Shown: positions 48,810 through 58,753 of the stretch, one piece after another
How positions within the stretch are numbered: position 1 is the first letter of the stretch
Layout: every line of letters starts with the position of its first letter
DNA from: an uncultured Alphaproteobacteria bacterium
GTDB taxonomy: Bacteria > Pseudomonadota > Alphaproteobacteria > Rs-D84 > CACZYB01
DNA: 64,000 nucleotides
Direction: 5' to 3'
Assembly: GCA_944392955.1 (NCBI GenBank)
Contig: CALXYK010000014.1
Span: forward strand, 32,042-96,041
The notes under the pieces: model-generated
Told to the model about the DNA's origin: nothing
Seen by the model: only the letters and a program-made list of their open reading frames with translations
Database searches by the model: none
Program-made: the position numbers and the translations under genes

Positions 48810-49199
48810 TTAATTCAAGTTTTCTATTTGTGAGATTATAGCCGAAAGTCCAACCTGTCTTTGATTAGAAAGAAGTGGTTTTAAGCCAATTTCTTCAAAT
48901 AATTTACCTAATGAAAGGGAGCGTATTTCACTTAGAGTTTTACCATTTACAAGTGTATAAATTATAAATAATAATCCCTTTACTATCAAAGCATCACTAT
49001 CAAAGTAAAACTGATACTTATCATTTATTTTTTCTGTGTAAATCCAAACATTAGAGGAACATCCGTATATCTTATATTCTGATGTTTTTTTATCTGTCGG
49101 GTAAGGGGGTAGGTTTTTACCCAACTCTAATAAATAGGCGATTTTATCATCGTCATCTTCAAACATTTCAAAATTTTTCTGTAATTCTGTACTATTCAT
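48810..49199 (-). CDS. sufE: SufE-like cysteine desulfuration protein
   Basis: 129 aa. 'YKIYGCSSNVWI' carries the conserved Cys context. 'LLELGKNLP' is also present. Confidence 0.8.
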   Translation of the reverse strand: MNSTELQKNFEMFEDDDDKIAYLLELGKNLPPYPTDKKTSEYKIYGCSSNVWIYTEKINDKYQFYFDSDALIVKGLLFIIYTLVNGKTLSEIRSLSLGKLFEEIGLKPLLSNQRQVGLSAIISQIENLN

Positions 49200-49277
49200 T
49201 TATCTTTTTATAATTTTGCTGGTAATAATTTGGGTTTTATTATATAATTTCTTTTGTATTAAGCAAGGATAAAAAGC

Positions 49278-50276
49278 ATGAATTCTAATATATTAAATTA
49301 TTTTGATAAAAAAATCTCTTTGGGAATTTTATTATTCCCTTTTGCCATAATTTATTGGATATTATCTAAATTAAATAAATTTTTTTCTTTCCCTTATAAA
49401 TCTAAGGCATTCGTTGTATGTGTTGGAAATATAACCTTAGGTGGTGTTGGAAAAACTCCGCTTGTAATAAAAATTGTTGAATTACTTAGAAAAAATAAAA
49501 TAAAGGTAGGGGTATTATCAAGAGGATATAAGGGGAAATTATCTTCATTAAATCCAATCATAATTGATATTAAACAACATTCTCCGATTGATGTAGGAGA
49601 TGAAGCGTTTATGATAAATGCAAAATTTAATGGAAAAGTTCCCGTATGTATATGTAAGAACAGAGGGAACGGGGCAAAAGTATTAGAAAAATTAGTAGAT
49701 GTAATCATTATGGATGACGGCCTACAAAATTATTCATTAAAAAAGGATAAAGCAATAATAGTAATTGACGGGAAAAAAACTATTGGTAATGGATTTATAT
49801 TCCCTATGGGACCATTAAGGGAAAGTATAAAATCAGGAGTGAAAAAAGCAGATGCCTTTGTAATAACAAATACTAAAAATCTAAAATTTGAAAAAAGACT
49901 ACATAATTTTAATTTACCTATATTTTCAACTAAGGTTAAACCTTCTTGTTTAGATAAATTTAAAAACAAAAAGGTTATTGCATTTGCAGGTATTGGAAAT
50001 CCCTTTAAATTTTATGATATGTTAAGGGATAATGGTATAAAAGTTCTTAAAACCCAAAATTTCCAGGATCATCATAAATATACAGATGCTGATTTTGTAA
50101 AACTTATTAAACTTTCAAATGGATTGCCTATACTTACGACTCAAAAAGATTTTGTGAAAATACCCATGGAATACAGGAAATATATTTCTATGATAGATAT
50201 AGATTTGGAAATATCTGATGAAAAGAAATTTTTTGATTTGTTGTTTGGAAAATTATTAAAAACTATACATTCTTAG
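49278..50276 (+). CDS. lpxK: Tetraacyldisaccharide 4'-kinase
   Basis: 332 aa. N-terminal TM helix, P-loop 'VGNITLGGVGKTP', 'SRGYKG' and 'DDGLQN'. Confidence 0.9.
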   Translation: MNSNILNYFDKKISLGILLFPFAIIYWILSKLNKFFSFPYKSKAFVVCVGNITLGGVGKTPLVIKIVELLRKNKIKVGVLSRGYKGKLSSLNPIIIDIKQHSPIDVGDEAFMINAKFNGKVPVCICKNRGNGAKVLEKLVDVIIMDDGLQNYSLKKDKAIIVIDGKKTIGNGFIFPMGPLRESIKSGVKKADAFVITNTKNLKFEKRLHNFNLPIFSTKVKPSCLDKFKNKKVIAFAGIGNPFKFYDMLRDNGIKVLKTQNFQDHHKYTDADFVKLIKLSNGLPILTTQKDFVKIPMEYRKYISMIDIDLEISDEKKFFDLLFGKLLKTIHS

Positions 50277-50847
50277 ATTTTGGTTTTGCATAGTGTGGTT
50301 TTATGTATATAGGTGTTATGGGTTCTTGTTTAAAAGTTTCTTTTGAAAAAGAAACCTCAACCATTTCTAATACCTTTTCTGGAATTATTTGAGTATTTGT
50401 CAGTTGAGGTTGGAAATTAGTTAAATCATCTGATTTTATTAGTGTTTGTGGACCTATTTCTTTACCATTTTTATCAAATTTTGATACAAAAATATCATTG
50501 CCTGTTGAAAAAATAGGAACGTAAAAATCTTCTGTATATACAGAATTTGCCGAATAAACAAGACCTTGAAAAGCACTTATTACAATTACAGGGACATTAG
50601 TTGCTATTGCAAAACCTTTTACAATAGAAAGCCCCAAACGAATACCTGTAAAAGAGCCAGGGCCACCAATTATCACCATAAAATCCAGTTCTGAAATTTT
50701 TGTGTTTCCAAGAATTTTTTCAATAGCAGTAAAAATTTCTTCGTTTTGGGATTTTGTGCCATCACTTTCATATTTTTTTATGTCTTTGTTATTTTTGAAA
50801 CAAACAACTAAATTTTTTTCCGTGCTATTTATAAACAAACTTTTCAT
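50263..50847 (-). CDS. tsaB: tRNA t6A37 biosynthesis protein TsaB (short form)
   Basis: 194 aa with 'GGPGSFTGIRLGLSIVKG'. Its 3' end overlaps the lpxK 3' end by 14 nt (convergent). Confidence 0.8.
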   Translation of the reverse strand: MKSLFINSTEKNLVVCFKNNKDIKKYESDGTKSQNEEIFTAIEKILGNTKISELDFMVIIGGPGSFTGIRLGLSIVKGFAIATNVPVIVISAFQGLVYSANSVYTEDFYVPIFSTGNDIFVSKFDKNGKEIGPQTLIKSDDLTNFQPQLTNTQIIPEKVLEMVEVSFSKETFKQEPITPIYIKPHYAKPKSKNV

Positions 50848-50914
50848 ATTTTAATTGACCCTGTATTTTTTCCTTATATAATAACAAAAGGGAATAAAAA
50901 TACAAGAGGGAAAA

Positions 50915-51865
50915 ATGATTAGAAAAAAAGTTGAAAATGAAATTTATAATTTACCTGTTACATTAAAGGAATTGGGATCTTTTGCATCAACTTTGTTTGA
51001 ATTTTCAACTGATGCTATGTTAGTTTTAGATGCAGTTGGAAAAATTTCTTCTGTAAACCCTGCTCTTTGTAATTTATTATCCGAAGAAAAAGAAAGTTTG
51101 ATAGGAAAAATTCCTGATTTTTTGTTCGCAGGACAGGCTGATGTCTCCTCTTATAAAAATTTCATCCGAGATTTAATAAATAATGGATATTGGTCAGGAC
51201 AAGTCTTTGGTAGAAATAAGTCAGGTGCTGTGATACCTTTGGAACTACATTTTTCCGCAATTTATAATGAATTAGGTGAAGCGAATCATTATGTGGGAAT
51301 TTGTTCATCTATTTATTCCTATGTTTCAAAAATGAACGAACTTCCATTTAACCCTAATATAGATCCATTAACAAAAATATTTAATGCTAGTGCTTTCTTA
51401 CATAGGCTTGAACACAACATTCATAAAATAGAAAAAGATATGTCTGTGCTTTCACTGCTTTATATAGATATAGATCATTTTAGTGAGTTAGCAAAAAAAG
51501 ATAATTATCAGGCAGGTGATATTATCCTTAAAAACCTTGGTTCTACATTAAAAGAAATTTTAGAAGAAAGTGATACTGTTGCAAGGTTAAAGGCAGATAT
51601 ATTTTGTGTCATAATTCAAGATATTTATACACAAGAAAGTATTGATGAAATGGTAAATAAGATTTTTCAAAAAATTACAAAACCTTATTTATTACATCCT
51701 GAAATTGAAAAAATTTCTATTAGTATTGGTGTAGCAACCTTCCCTATATCAGGTGAAACACCTCAGGATTTATTAGAGTCTGCGGCTGCGGCTGCCAAAA
51801 AGGCAAAAACACAAGGTGGAAATCAAATTTGTTATCACAAAATGCTTAATGAAATAAACTTATAA
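50915..51865 (+). CDS. PAS domain protein with a degenerate GGDEF domain
   Basis: 316 aa. PAS-like N-terminus. GGDEF fold markers 'DPLTKIFNASAF' and 'YIDIDHFSEL', but the signature reads 'ARLKADIFCVI' (GGDEF replaced by KADIF). Confidence 0.8.
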   Translation: MIRKKVENEIYNLPVTLKELGSFASTLFEFSTDAMLVLDAVGKISSVNPALCNLLSEEKESLIGKIPDFLFAGQADVSSYKNFIRDLINNGYWSGQVFGRNKSGAVIPLELHFSAIYNELGEANHYVGICSSIYSYVSKMNELPFNPNIDPLTKIFNASAFLHRLEHNIHKIEKDMSVLSLLYIDIDHFSELAKKDNYQAGDIILKNLGSTLKEILEESDTVARLKADIFCVIIQDIYTQESIDEMVNKIFQKITKPYLLHPEIEKISISIGVATFPISGETPQDLLESAAAAAKKAKTQGGNQICYHKMLNEINL

Positions 51866-51883
51866 ATTTTCAATATATATTTT

Positions 51884-51915
51884 AAAAGCCCCATATAATA
51901 TGAGGCTTTTTTATT
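51884..51915. terminator. Bidirectional terminator between the GGDEF gene and fabG
   Basis: AAAAGCCCCA-TATAATA-TGAGGCTTTT (one mismatch) plus a T-run. Confidence 0.6.
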
Positions 51916-51930
51916 TTAAAGATTTGCAAT

Positions 51931-52668
51931 TTAAACTCTTAACATACCACCATTTACGTGGATTGTCTGTCCTGTGATGTATGAAGATTCATCACTTGCT
52001 AAAAATACTGCTGTATTTGCGATATCTTTTACCGTTCCGAATCTTTTAACAGGTATTTGTTCCATCATTTTTGATTTAATATCTTCTGATAAAACATCTG
52101 TCATAGCAGTAGAAATAAATCCAGGAGCGATACAATTAACTGTGATACCTCTGCTTGCTACTTCTACTGATAAAGCCTTACTCATACCTGTAAGTCCCGC
52201 TTTTGTAGCACAATAGTTTGCCTGTCCTGCATTTCCCATCCAGCCAACAACTGAGGTTATATTTATTATTCTTCCGAAACGATTTTTCATCATAGGTGTT
52301 AATACTTCACGAGTAAGTTTAAATGATGCAGTTAAATTGACATCTATTACGGATTGCCAATCTTCGTCCTTCATCCTCATCATCAAAGTATCTTTTGTCA
52401 TGCCTGCATTGTTTACCAAGATATCTATTTTACCATTTACCTTTAATGCTTCTTCTACGAGTTGTTTTATTGCACCATCTTTTGATAAATCTGTTGCGAT
52501 TATAAATGCCCTATCCCCAAGTTTGGATTTAAGGGACTCTAAAACCTCTTGTTTTCTTCCGGTTAAAATAACATTTGCACCCTGGTTATAAAATGTTGTT
52601 GCGATTTCTTCGCCTATGCCACCTGTTGCACCAGTAATAAGAGCTGTTTTACCTGTTAAATCAAACAT
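51931..52668 (-). CDS. fabG: 3-oxoacyl-ACP reductase
   Basis: 245 aa SDR with 'TGATGGIG', 'NNAG', 'YCATKAG' and a C-terminal 'HVNGGM'. Confidence 0.92.
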   Translation of the reverse strand: MFDLTGKTALITGATGGIGEEIATTFYNQGANVILTGRKQEVLESLKSKLGDRAFIIATDLSKDGAIKQLVEEALKVNGKIDILVNNAGMTKDTLMMRMKDEDWQSVIDVNLTASFKLTREVLTPMMKNRFGRIINITSVVGWMGNAGQANYCATKAGLTGMSKALSVEVASRGITVNCIAPGFISTAMTDVLSEDIKSKMMEQIPVKRFGTVKDIANTAVFLASDESSYITGQTIHVNGGMLRV

Positions 52669-52669
52669 A

Positions 52670-52831
52670 TTATTTCTCCTTGTTTTTAATAGTATTGTTA
52701 ATTAGTTCAAGTTTGGCTAAATAAGCATCTTTTATAGAAGTTATTAAGTCATTTGTATAGTCATAGGATTGTGTATCCTTTATACTTTTATTTTCACATT
52801 CGTTTATATTTTTTTTGCCAGTTGTATCCAT
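52670..52831 (-). CDS. Possible small ORF (53 aa) filling the fabD-fabG gap
   Basis: MDTTGKKNINECENKSIKDTQSYDYTNDLITSIKDAYLAKLELINNTIKNKEK. Its ATG overlaps the fabD TAA (TAATG) and its stop lies 1 nt before the fabG ATG. Too short for the ORF track. No homology recognised. Confidence 0.3.
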   Translation of the reverse strand: MDTTGKKNINECENKSIKDTQSYDYTNDLITSIKDAYLAKLELINNTIKNKEK

Positions 52832-53772
52832 TATAAACCTTTCAAAAATTCGGTAATACTTTCAATAGAAGAAAGTGGTGTAGATGTCGCCTTGTCAGTT
52901 GTCCTTTTTACAAGACCTGATAGAACATTTCCACTTCCTATTTCTATGAATTCAGAAACTCCCTTTGAAACCATAAAGTCAACTGACTCTCTGAAACGAA
53001 CTCCGTTTACCATTTGTGCAGTTAAATTTTCTTTTATTTCCTTTGTATCTGTTGTAAATTTTGCAGTTCTGTTTGATACGAATGGAACAATTGGATCCTG
53101 TATAGTAATTTCTGATAATGCAGATTCTACTATATCCTTTGCAGGTGCCATCAACGGACAATGTGCAGGAACAGAAACTGGAAGTATTACACATTTTTTT
53201 GCACCCATTTCCTTTGCTATATTTTGTGCATTTTCTATTGCCTCTTTATACCCACTTATTACTATTTGACCAGGACAATTATCGTTGGCAACACTACATA
53301 CTATCTCACCATTGGAAGCCTTCTCGCAAACTTTTGCAACATCATCTATATTCAATCCTATTATTGCCATCATAGCACCTATTCCCGCAGGAACTGCTTC
53401 GGCCATTGCCTTTGCTCTTGTTTTAAGTAATCTAGCACCTGTGGAAATTGGCATAGTTTCTACTGCTGTTAATGCTGAATATTCACCCAATGAATGCCCT
53501 GCAACCATATCACAAAGTTCGTTTATATTTTTACCACTTTGAGTTTCTATTACCTTTAATACAGCCATACTCATTGCAAATAATGCAGGCTGAGTATTTT
53601 CAGTTTTATTCAATAAATCTGCATCATCGCCAAAAATAATTGATGATAAATTTTGGGAAAGTGCAGAATCAACCTCTTCAAATACATCTTTTGCTTCTTG
53701 ATAATTTTGATAAAGGTCATAACCCATTTTTAATTTTTGTGATCCCTGCCCTGGGAATAAAAAAGCACGCAT
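52831..53772 (-). CDS. fabD: Malonyl CoA-ACP transacylase
   Basis: 313 aa with 'FLFPGQGSQ' and 'GHSLGEYSAL'. Confidence 0.92.
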   Translation of the reverse strand: MRAFLFPGQGSQKLKMGYDLYQNYQEAKDVFEEVDSALSQNLSSIIFGDDADLLNKTENTQPALFAMSMAVLKVIETQSGKNINELCDMVAGHSLGEYSALTAVETMPISTGARLLKTRAKAMAEAVPAGIGAMMAIIGLNIDDVAKVCEKASNGEIVCSVANDNCPGQIVISGYKEAIENAQNIAKEMGAKKCVILPVSVPAHCPLMAPAKDIVESALSEITIQDPIVPFVSNRTAKFTTDTKEIKENLTAQMVNGVRFRESVDFMVSKGVSEFIEIGSGNVLSGLVKRTTDKATSTPLSSIESITEFLKGL

Positions 53773-53861
53773 TTTAATTTTTTCCTTTCTTTTTAATTCA
53801 TATTGTAAAATATCATAGGAAAGTTTTATCTGTCCTACATACTTTTATATTTGAAATCTTA

Positions 53862-55127
53862 CTATAAAAATTCCTTACCATTCATATATGGACGAAGTTT
53901 TTCCGGTATCCTTACCTTTCCATCCTTGGTTTGATGATTTTCCAAAAATGGTGCCAAGATACGAGGAGTTGCTATACCTGTATTATTTAATGTATAACAA
54001 TACTTTACTTTATTTGTTCCATTTTCACGATAGCGAAGGTTTGCCCTTCGTGCTTGCCAATCGGTTAAATTTGAACAACTATGAGTTTCGCGGTATTTAT
54101 TTTGAGATGGGGTCCATGCCTCTAAATCATACATTTTGTATTTTCCTGCACCCATATCACCTGTGCAACACGCAATAACTTGATAAGGTAATTCCAAATC
54201 TTTTAGTAATTCTTCGGCTGTTTCTAATAAAGTATTATACCATTTTTCACTTTCTGCAATATCAGCCTTACAGATAACATATTGTTCAACCTTCATAAAT
54301 TGATGAACTCTGATTAGTCCCCTTACATCCTTACCAGCGGATCCAGCTTCACTTCGGAAACAAGGAGAGTATCCAGCATAAAGTATTGGTAATTGTGATT
54401 CATCTAAAATTTCATCGCTGTGAAGTGAGGTTAGAACTATTTCTGCGGTTCCTGATAAATATAGATTTTCCTTTGGTAAGTAATAAACATCATCTTTACC
54501 TGTTGGGAAATGTCCTGTTCCATATAGGGCTTCTTCCTTTACCATAGATGGAACGGTTATCATTGTGAAACCTTTTGCTGTTAGTTTATCCATAATAAAC
54601 ATATGTAATGCAATTTCTAACCTTGAAGCAGCACCTTTTAATGTATAAGAACGAGAGCCACATACCTTTGCAACCCTTTTGAAATCAGCCCAATCGTTCA
54701 TTTCCAAAATGTCGTAATGATCCCTTGGCTCAAAATCAAACTTTCGTGGAGTTCCCTCACGACGAAGTATTACATTTTCGCTATCATCTTTGCCAATAGG
54801 CGTATCCTTTGCAGGAATGTTTGGAACCAATAACATCATTTCATTAAATTCAGGTTGTTTAGTAGACAATTCTGTTTCGTATATTTTTATCTTGTCCGAA
54901 ATTTCCTTTGATTTTGCGATTGTTTCCTGTTTTAAATCTTCTGATAATGTTGGGATTTTAGAGGTTAATGCGTTTTTTTCCTCCCTTAAATCCTGTAATT
55001 TTTGGTTTAGGGCAAAAACTTCCTTATCAAGAGAAAGCATTGCATCCAAATCCAAATCTATATTTTTATCCTGTATTGTTTTTTTAACGAGATCTACATT
55101 ATCTCTTATAAATTTTATATCTAACAT
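53862..55127 (-). CDS. serS: Serine--tRNA ligase
   Basis: 421 aa. N-terminal coiled-coil arm, then class II motifs 'CFRSEAGSAGKDVRGLIRVHQF' and 'NNTGIATPRIL'. Confidence 0.95.
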   Translation of the reverse strand: MLDIKFIRDNVDLVKKTIQDKNIDLDLDAMLSLDKEVFALNQKLQDLREEKNALTSKIPTLSEDLKQETIAKSKEISDKIKIYETELSTKQPEFNEMMLLVPNIPAKDTPIGKDDSENVILRREGTPRKFDFEPRDHYDILEMNDWADFKRVAKVCGSRSYTLKGAASRLEIALHMFIMDKLTAKGFTMITVPSMVKEEALYGTGHFPTGKDDVYYLPKENLYLSGTAEIVLTSLHSDEILDESQLPILYAGYSPCFRSEAGSAGKDVRGLIRVHQFMKVEQYVICKADIAESEKWYNTLLETAEELLKDLELPYQVIACCTGDMGAGKYKMYDLEAWTPSQNKYRETHSCSNLTDWQARRANLRYRENGTNKVKYCYTLNNTGIATPRILAPFLENHQTKDGKVRIPEKLRPYMNGKEFL

Positions 55128-55304
55128 TTTTTTTCCCTGTATTCTTAATATGCTTATATATTATATAAAATCAATTAAAAATAATCAAGGTTGAAATAAT
55201 TAAAGCATTATTATATATGTAATATATAAAAATTTAGTCCTTGACTTTTGTTATGAAAATGAAGTCTTATATATGAGTATAATTTAAATTTCAAAAGGGA
55301 AAAA

Positions 55305-57866
55305 ATGAAACTTTTAGTAGTAGAGTCTCCTGCAAAATCTAAAACTATTTCTAAATATTTAGGAAATGACTTTGTGGTTGTTCCTTCGGTAGGTCATGTC
55401 AGAGATTTGGATCCACATGATGGGGCTGTTGATGTTGATAATGGCTTTAAAATGAAATGGCTTATCATGAAAGATAAGGAAAAGCAGATAAAAGAAATTG
55501 AAAAATATATGAAAAAGTCCGAAGCTGTTTATTTGGCAACCGACCCTGATCGTGAAGGAGAGGCTATTTCGTGGCATATAGTTGATATATTAAAAGAAAG
55601 GGGAGAACTTAATAAACCTATACATCGTGTTGCCTTTCATGAAATTACAAAGACTGCTGTTAATAATGCATTGAAAGAACCAAGGGAAATTGATGATAAG
55701 TTAGTAAATGCTTATTTGGCAAGACGTGCCTTGGACTTTTTAGTTGGATTTAAACTTTCCCCTGTTTTATGGAGAAAGTTACCAGGATGTAAATCTGCTG
55801 GTAGAGTTCAATCTGTTGCATTAAGATTGGTTTGTGAACGTGAAAATGAAATAGAAAATTTTGTAAAGAAAGAGTATTGGTCCATTGAAGGAAAATTCAA
55901 AACAAATGAAGATAAGATATTTTCTGCTAAGCTTTTTAGCTTTAATAATGCTAAGTTAGATAAGTTTGATATTCCTTCACAGGAAAAGGCTGATGAAATA
56001 CTCTCTTCTCTAATAAATGAAACTTATCATGTAGGTAATATTGAAAGGAAAAAGCAACAAAGAAAACCTGTTGCCCCATTTACTACATCTACTTTACAAC
56101 AAGAAGCATCTAGAAAGTTAGGATTTTCAGCAAAACAAACTATGCAAATTGCTCAAAAACTTTACGAAGGTGTTGATGTCGGTGGGGAAACAGTTGGACT
56201 TATTACATATATGAGAACTGACTCTGTGAACTTGTCAAAGGAAGCAGTACAATCTATTCGTGAATTGATTGAAAGTGATTTTGGTTCCGAGTATCTGCCT
56301 AAATCTCCTGTTAGTTATGATAACAAAAGTAAAAATGCTCAGGAAGCACATGAGGCTATACGACCAACTTATGCTCAAAAAACCCCTCAATCTATAAAGG
56401 GGTATTTGGATGCAAATCAATTTAAACTTTACGAACTTATATGGAAAAGGACTATTGCTTGTCAGATGGTGCCTGCAGAACTTAATTTAGTAGCAACTGA
56501 TATATTTACCTCTGATAATAAGTCAATGTTCAGAGCAAATGGTTCTATGATTGCTTTTGATGGGTTTATGAAACTTTATAAGGAAGATATTGATGATGCG
56601 ACTTCTGATGATGATGAAAATAAAATGCTTCCTACTATGCAGGAAGGTGATTTATTAACATCAGAAGAAATAAAACCTGAACAACATTTTACTCAACCTC
56701 CTCCTAGATATTCCGAGGCTTCTTTGGTAAAAAAGATGGAAGAATTAGGTATAGGTAGACCTTCTACTTATGCTTCTATTCTTTCTGTGATTCAGGAACG
56801 TCATTATGTGGACTTGGTAAAAAAGAAATTTATTCCTCAGGAAAGAGGAAGGATTGTATCTGCCTTTTTGGAAAAATATTTTTCAAAATATGTAGAATAT
56901 GACTTTACTGCATATATGGAAAATGAACTTGATGATATATCCAATGGATTAAAGGATTATAAGGATGTGTTAACCGAATTTTGGACAGGGTTTAGTAAAG
57001 CTGTTGAAGCATCTAATGATTTAACTATGTCCGAGATTACGGATACTATTGATAAAGAGTTAGGTGCACATTTCTTTCCTGAAAAAAATGATGGAACAGA
57101 TCCAAGAAAGTGTCCGGATTGCGAAAATGGAAGGCTTGGCATTAAACTGGGAAAATTCGGAGGATTTATTGGTTGTTCAAACTATCCAACTTGTAAATAC
57201 ACCAAACCTTTGATCTTAAATGATGATGAGGTTTCTGATAATTCTGAAACTAATGCAGTTAAAACAAGTGATGGACAAGTGTTAGGTCAAGATGAAAAAG
57301 GGAATAATGTTTACCTTAAAAAAGGTCCTTATGGAAATTATTTACAACTAGGTGAAGTTGAAAAAGGTGATGTAAGAGGACCTGTAAGAACCTCTATTCC
57401 TAAAAATGTTTCTGTGGATACATTAACTTTGGAACAGGCTTTATTCTTATTATCTTTGCCAAAATCTATTGGCTTTGATGGTGATGAAGAGGTATTTGTT
57501 GCTACTGGAAAATTTGGACCTTATGTTAAAAAAGGTGATTTATTTAAAAATATACCAGCATCTACTTCTATATTTGATGTGGATATTAAGATGGCTCATG
57601 ACTTGCTTTTGGGTGCTACACCGAAACAAAAAGCCAAGGAATTAGGTCTACATCCTGTTGATAATAAACCTGTATTATATTTTAAAACTGGAAAGTTTGG
57701 ACCTTATGTTCAACATAATCGTGTTTTTGCTTCTGTTCCTTCTAGTATAGCGACAGAAGATACTATTACTTTGGAATTGGCTATTGAAAAACTTAATCCA
57801 AAGGAACCTAAAACTTTGAATCCTAAAAAAACCGAGGTAAAAGAAAAGCCTAACCCCAAAAAGTAA
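55305..57866 (+). CDS. topA: DNA topoisomerase I
   Basis: 853 aa. TOPRIM 'LLVVESPAKSKTI', 'DPDREGEAISWH', active-site Tyr context 'ITYMRTDS' and Zn ribbon 'CPDCENGRL...GCSNYPTCKY'. Confidence 0.95.
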   Translation: MKLLVVESPAKSKTISKYLGNDFVVVPSVGHVRDLDPHDGAVDVDNGFKMKWLIMKDKEKQIKEIEKYMKKSEAVYLATDPDREGEAISWHIVDILKERGELNKPIHRVAFHEITKTAVNNALKEPREIDDKLVNAYLARRALDFLVGFKLSPVLWRKLPGCKSAGRVQSVALRLVCERENEIENFVKKEYWSIEGKFKTNEDKIFSAKLFSFNNAKLDKFDIPSQEKADEILSSLINETYHVGNIERKKQQRKPVAPFTTSTLQQEASRKLGFSAKQTMQIAQKLYEGVDVGGETVGLITYMRTDSVNLSKEAVQSIRELIESDFGSEYLPKSPVSYDNKSKNAQEAHEAIRPTYAQKTPQSIKGYLDANQFKLYELIWKRTIACQMVPAELNLVATDIFTSDNKSMFRANGSMIAFDGFMKLYKEDIDDATSDDDENKMLPTMQEGDLLTSEEIKPEQHFTQPPPRYSEASLVKKMEELGIGRPSTYASILSVIQERHYVDLVKKKFIPQERGRIVSAFLEKYFSKYVEYDFTAYMENELDDISNGLKDYKDVLTEFWTGFSKAVEASNDLTMSEITDTIDKELGAHFFPEKNDGTDPRKCPDCENGRLGIKLGKFGGFIGCSNYPTCKYTKPLILNDDEVSDNSETNAVKTSDGQVLGQDEKGNNVYLKKGPYGNYLQLGEVEKGDVRGPVRTSIPKNVSVDTLTLEQALFLLSLPKSIGFDGDEEVFVATGKFGPYVKKGDLFKNIPASTSIFDVDIKMAHDLLLGATPKQKAKELGLHPVDNKPVLYFKTGKFGPYVQHNRVFASVPSSIATEDTITLELAIEKLNPKEPKTLNPKKTEVKEKPNPKK

Positions 57867-57935
57867 TTTACAATAAATATTTACTAATATATCATACAAA
57901 CATAAAATTTAACCAATATAAAAAGGATTTTTAAA

Positions 57936-58655
57936 ATGTCAGGACATTCAAAATGGGCAAATATACAACACAGAAAAGGATTACAAGATAGAAAACGAGG
58001 AAACCTTTTCACTAAACTAGCAAAAGAAATCACAGTGGCTGCAAAATTAGGGGATCCAAACCCTGATATGAACCCACGACTTCGTCTTGCTGTGCTTGCC
58101 GCAAGAAAAGAATCTATGCCAAATGATAATATTAAACGTGCTATACAAAAAGCTTTGCCAGGAAGTGGTGAGGGTGATTACTCTGAAATAAGATATGAAG
58201 GTTATGCACCTGGTGGTATTTCTGTAATAGTAGAATGTTTAACAGATAATAAAAACAGAACCGCATCTGATATCAGATCTATTTTTTCAAAAAATGGTGG
58301 GAACCTTGGAGAAACTGGTTCTGTTTCTTTTAACTTCGAACATATAGGTTTATTTGTGTATAAAAAATCTGTTGGTGATTTTGATTCCGTCTTTGAAACT
58401 GCATTAGAAGGTGGTGCAAAAGATGTAGAAGAAGATGATGATAATTATATGATTACATGTGAAATTTCTGAATTTGCGAATCTTTCAAAAGCATTAGAAA
58501 AATTCGGAGAACCAGAAAAGGCTGAAATTATTTGGCAACCTACTTTGTTTGTAAATGTTAACGGAGAATCTGCTGAACGTATTGAAAGATTTGTGGAAGC
58601 ATTAGAAGATAATGATGATGTTCAAAAAGTATATACCAATGCTGAATTTGAATAA
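57936..58655 (+). CDS. yebC: YebC/PmpR family DNA-binding regulator
   Basis: 239 aa starting 'MSGHSKWANIQHRKG'. Confidence 0.9.
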   Translation: MSGHSKWANIQHRKGLQDRKRGNLFTKLAKEITVAAKLGDPNPDMNPRLRLAVLAARKESMPNDNIKRAIQKALPGSGEGDYSEIRYEGYAPGGISVIVECLTDNKNRTASDIRSIFSKNGGNLGETGSVSFNFEHIGLFVYKKSVGDFDSVFETALEGGAKDVEEDDDNYMITCEISEFANLSKALEKFGEPEKAEIIWQPTLFVNVNGESAERIERFVEALEDNDDVQKVYTNAEFE

Positions 58656-58673
58656 ATCTTTTTAATTTATATT

Positions 58674-58704
58674 AAAAATCCCCTTTTTAAAAGGGGATTT
58701 TTTG
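58674..58704. terminator. Bidirectional terminator between yebC and recA
   Basis: AAAATCCCCTTTT-T-AAAAGGGGATTTT. Confidence 0.65.
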
Positions 58705-58753
58705 CTTCTTTGTTATTATAAAACAATAGAAGTCAGAAGAGGATAAATTAAAA

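Noticed and set aside
50263-50276. 14-nt convergent overlap of the lpxK and tsaB 3' ends; also the 1-nt gap between the murB and murJ stops.
   Set aside because: This probably reflects compact genome organisation. Both reading frames end with plausible C-termini and no additional signal is apparent.
19351-58704. Similar-looking hairpins (AAAATCCC.../...GGGATTTT, AAAACTCCC.../...GGGAGTTTT) at 19351, 22820, 44056, 46715, 51884 and 58674 as a possible dispersed repeat (REP-like) family.
   Set aside because: They share only the generic A-run / short GC core / T-run design of bidirectional intrinsic terminators, and each sits precisely at a gene end. The loop and stem sequences differ, so they are not copies of one element.
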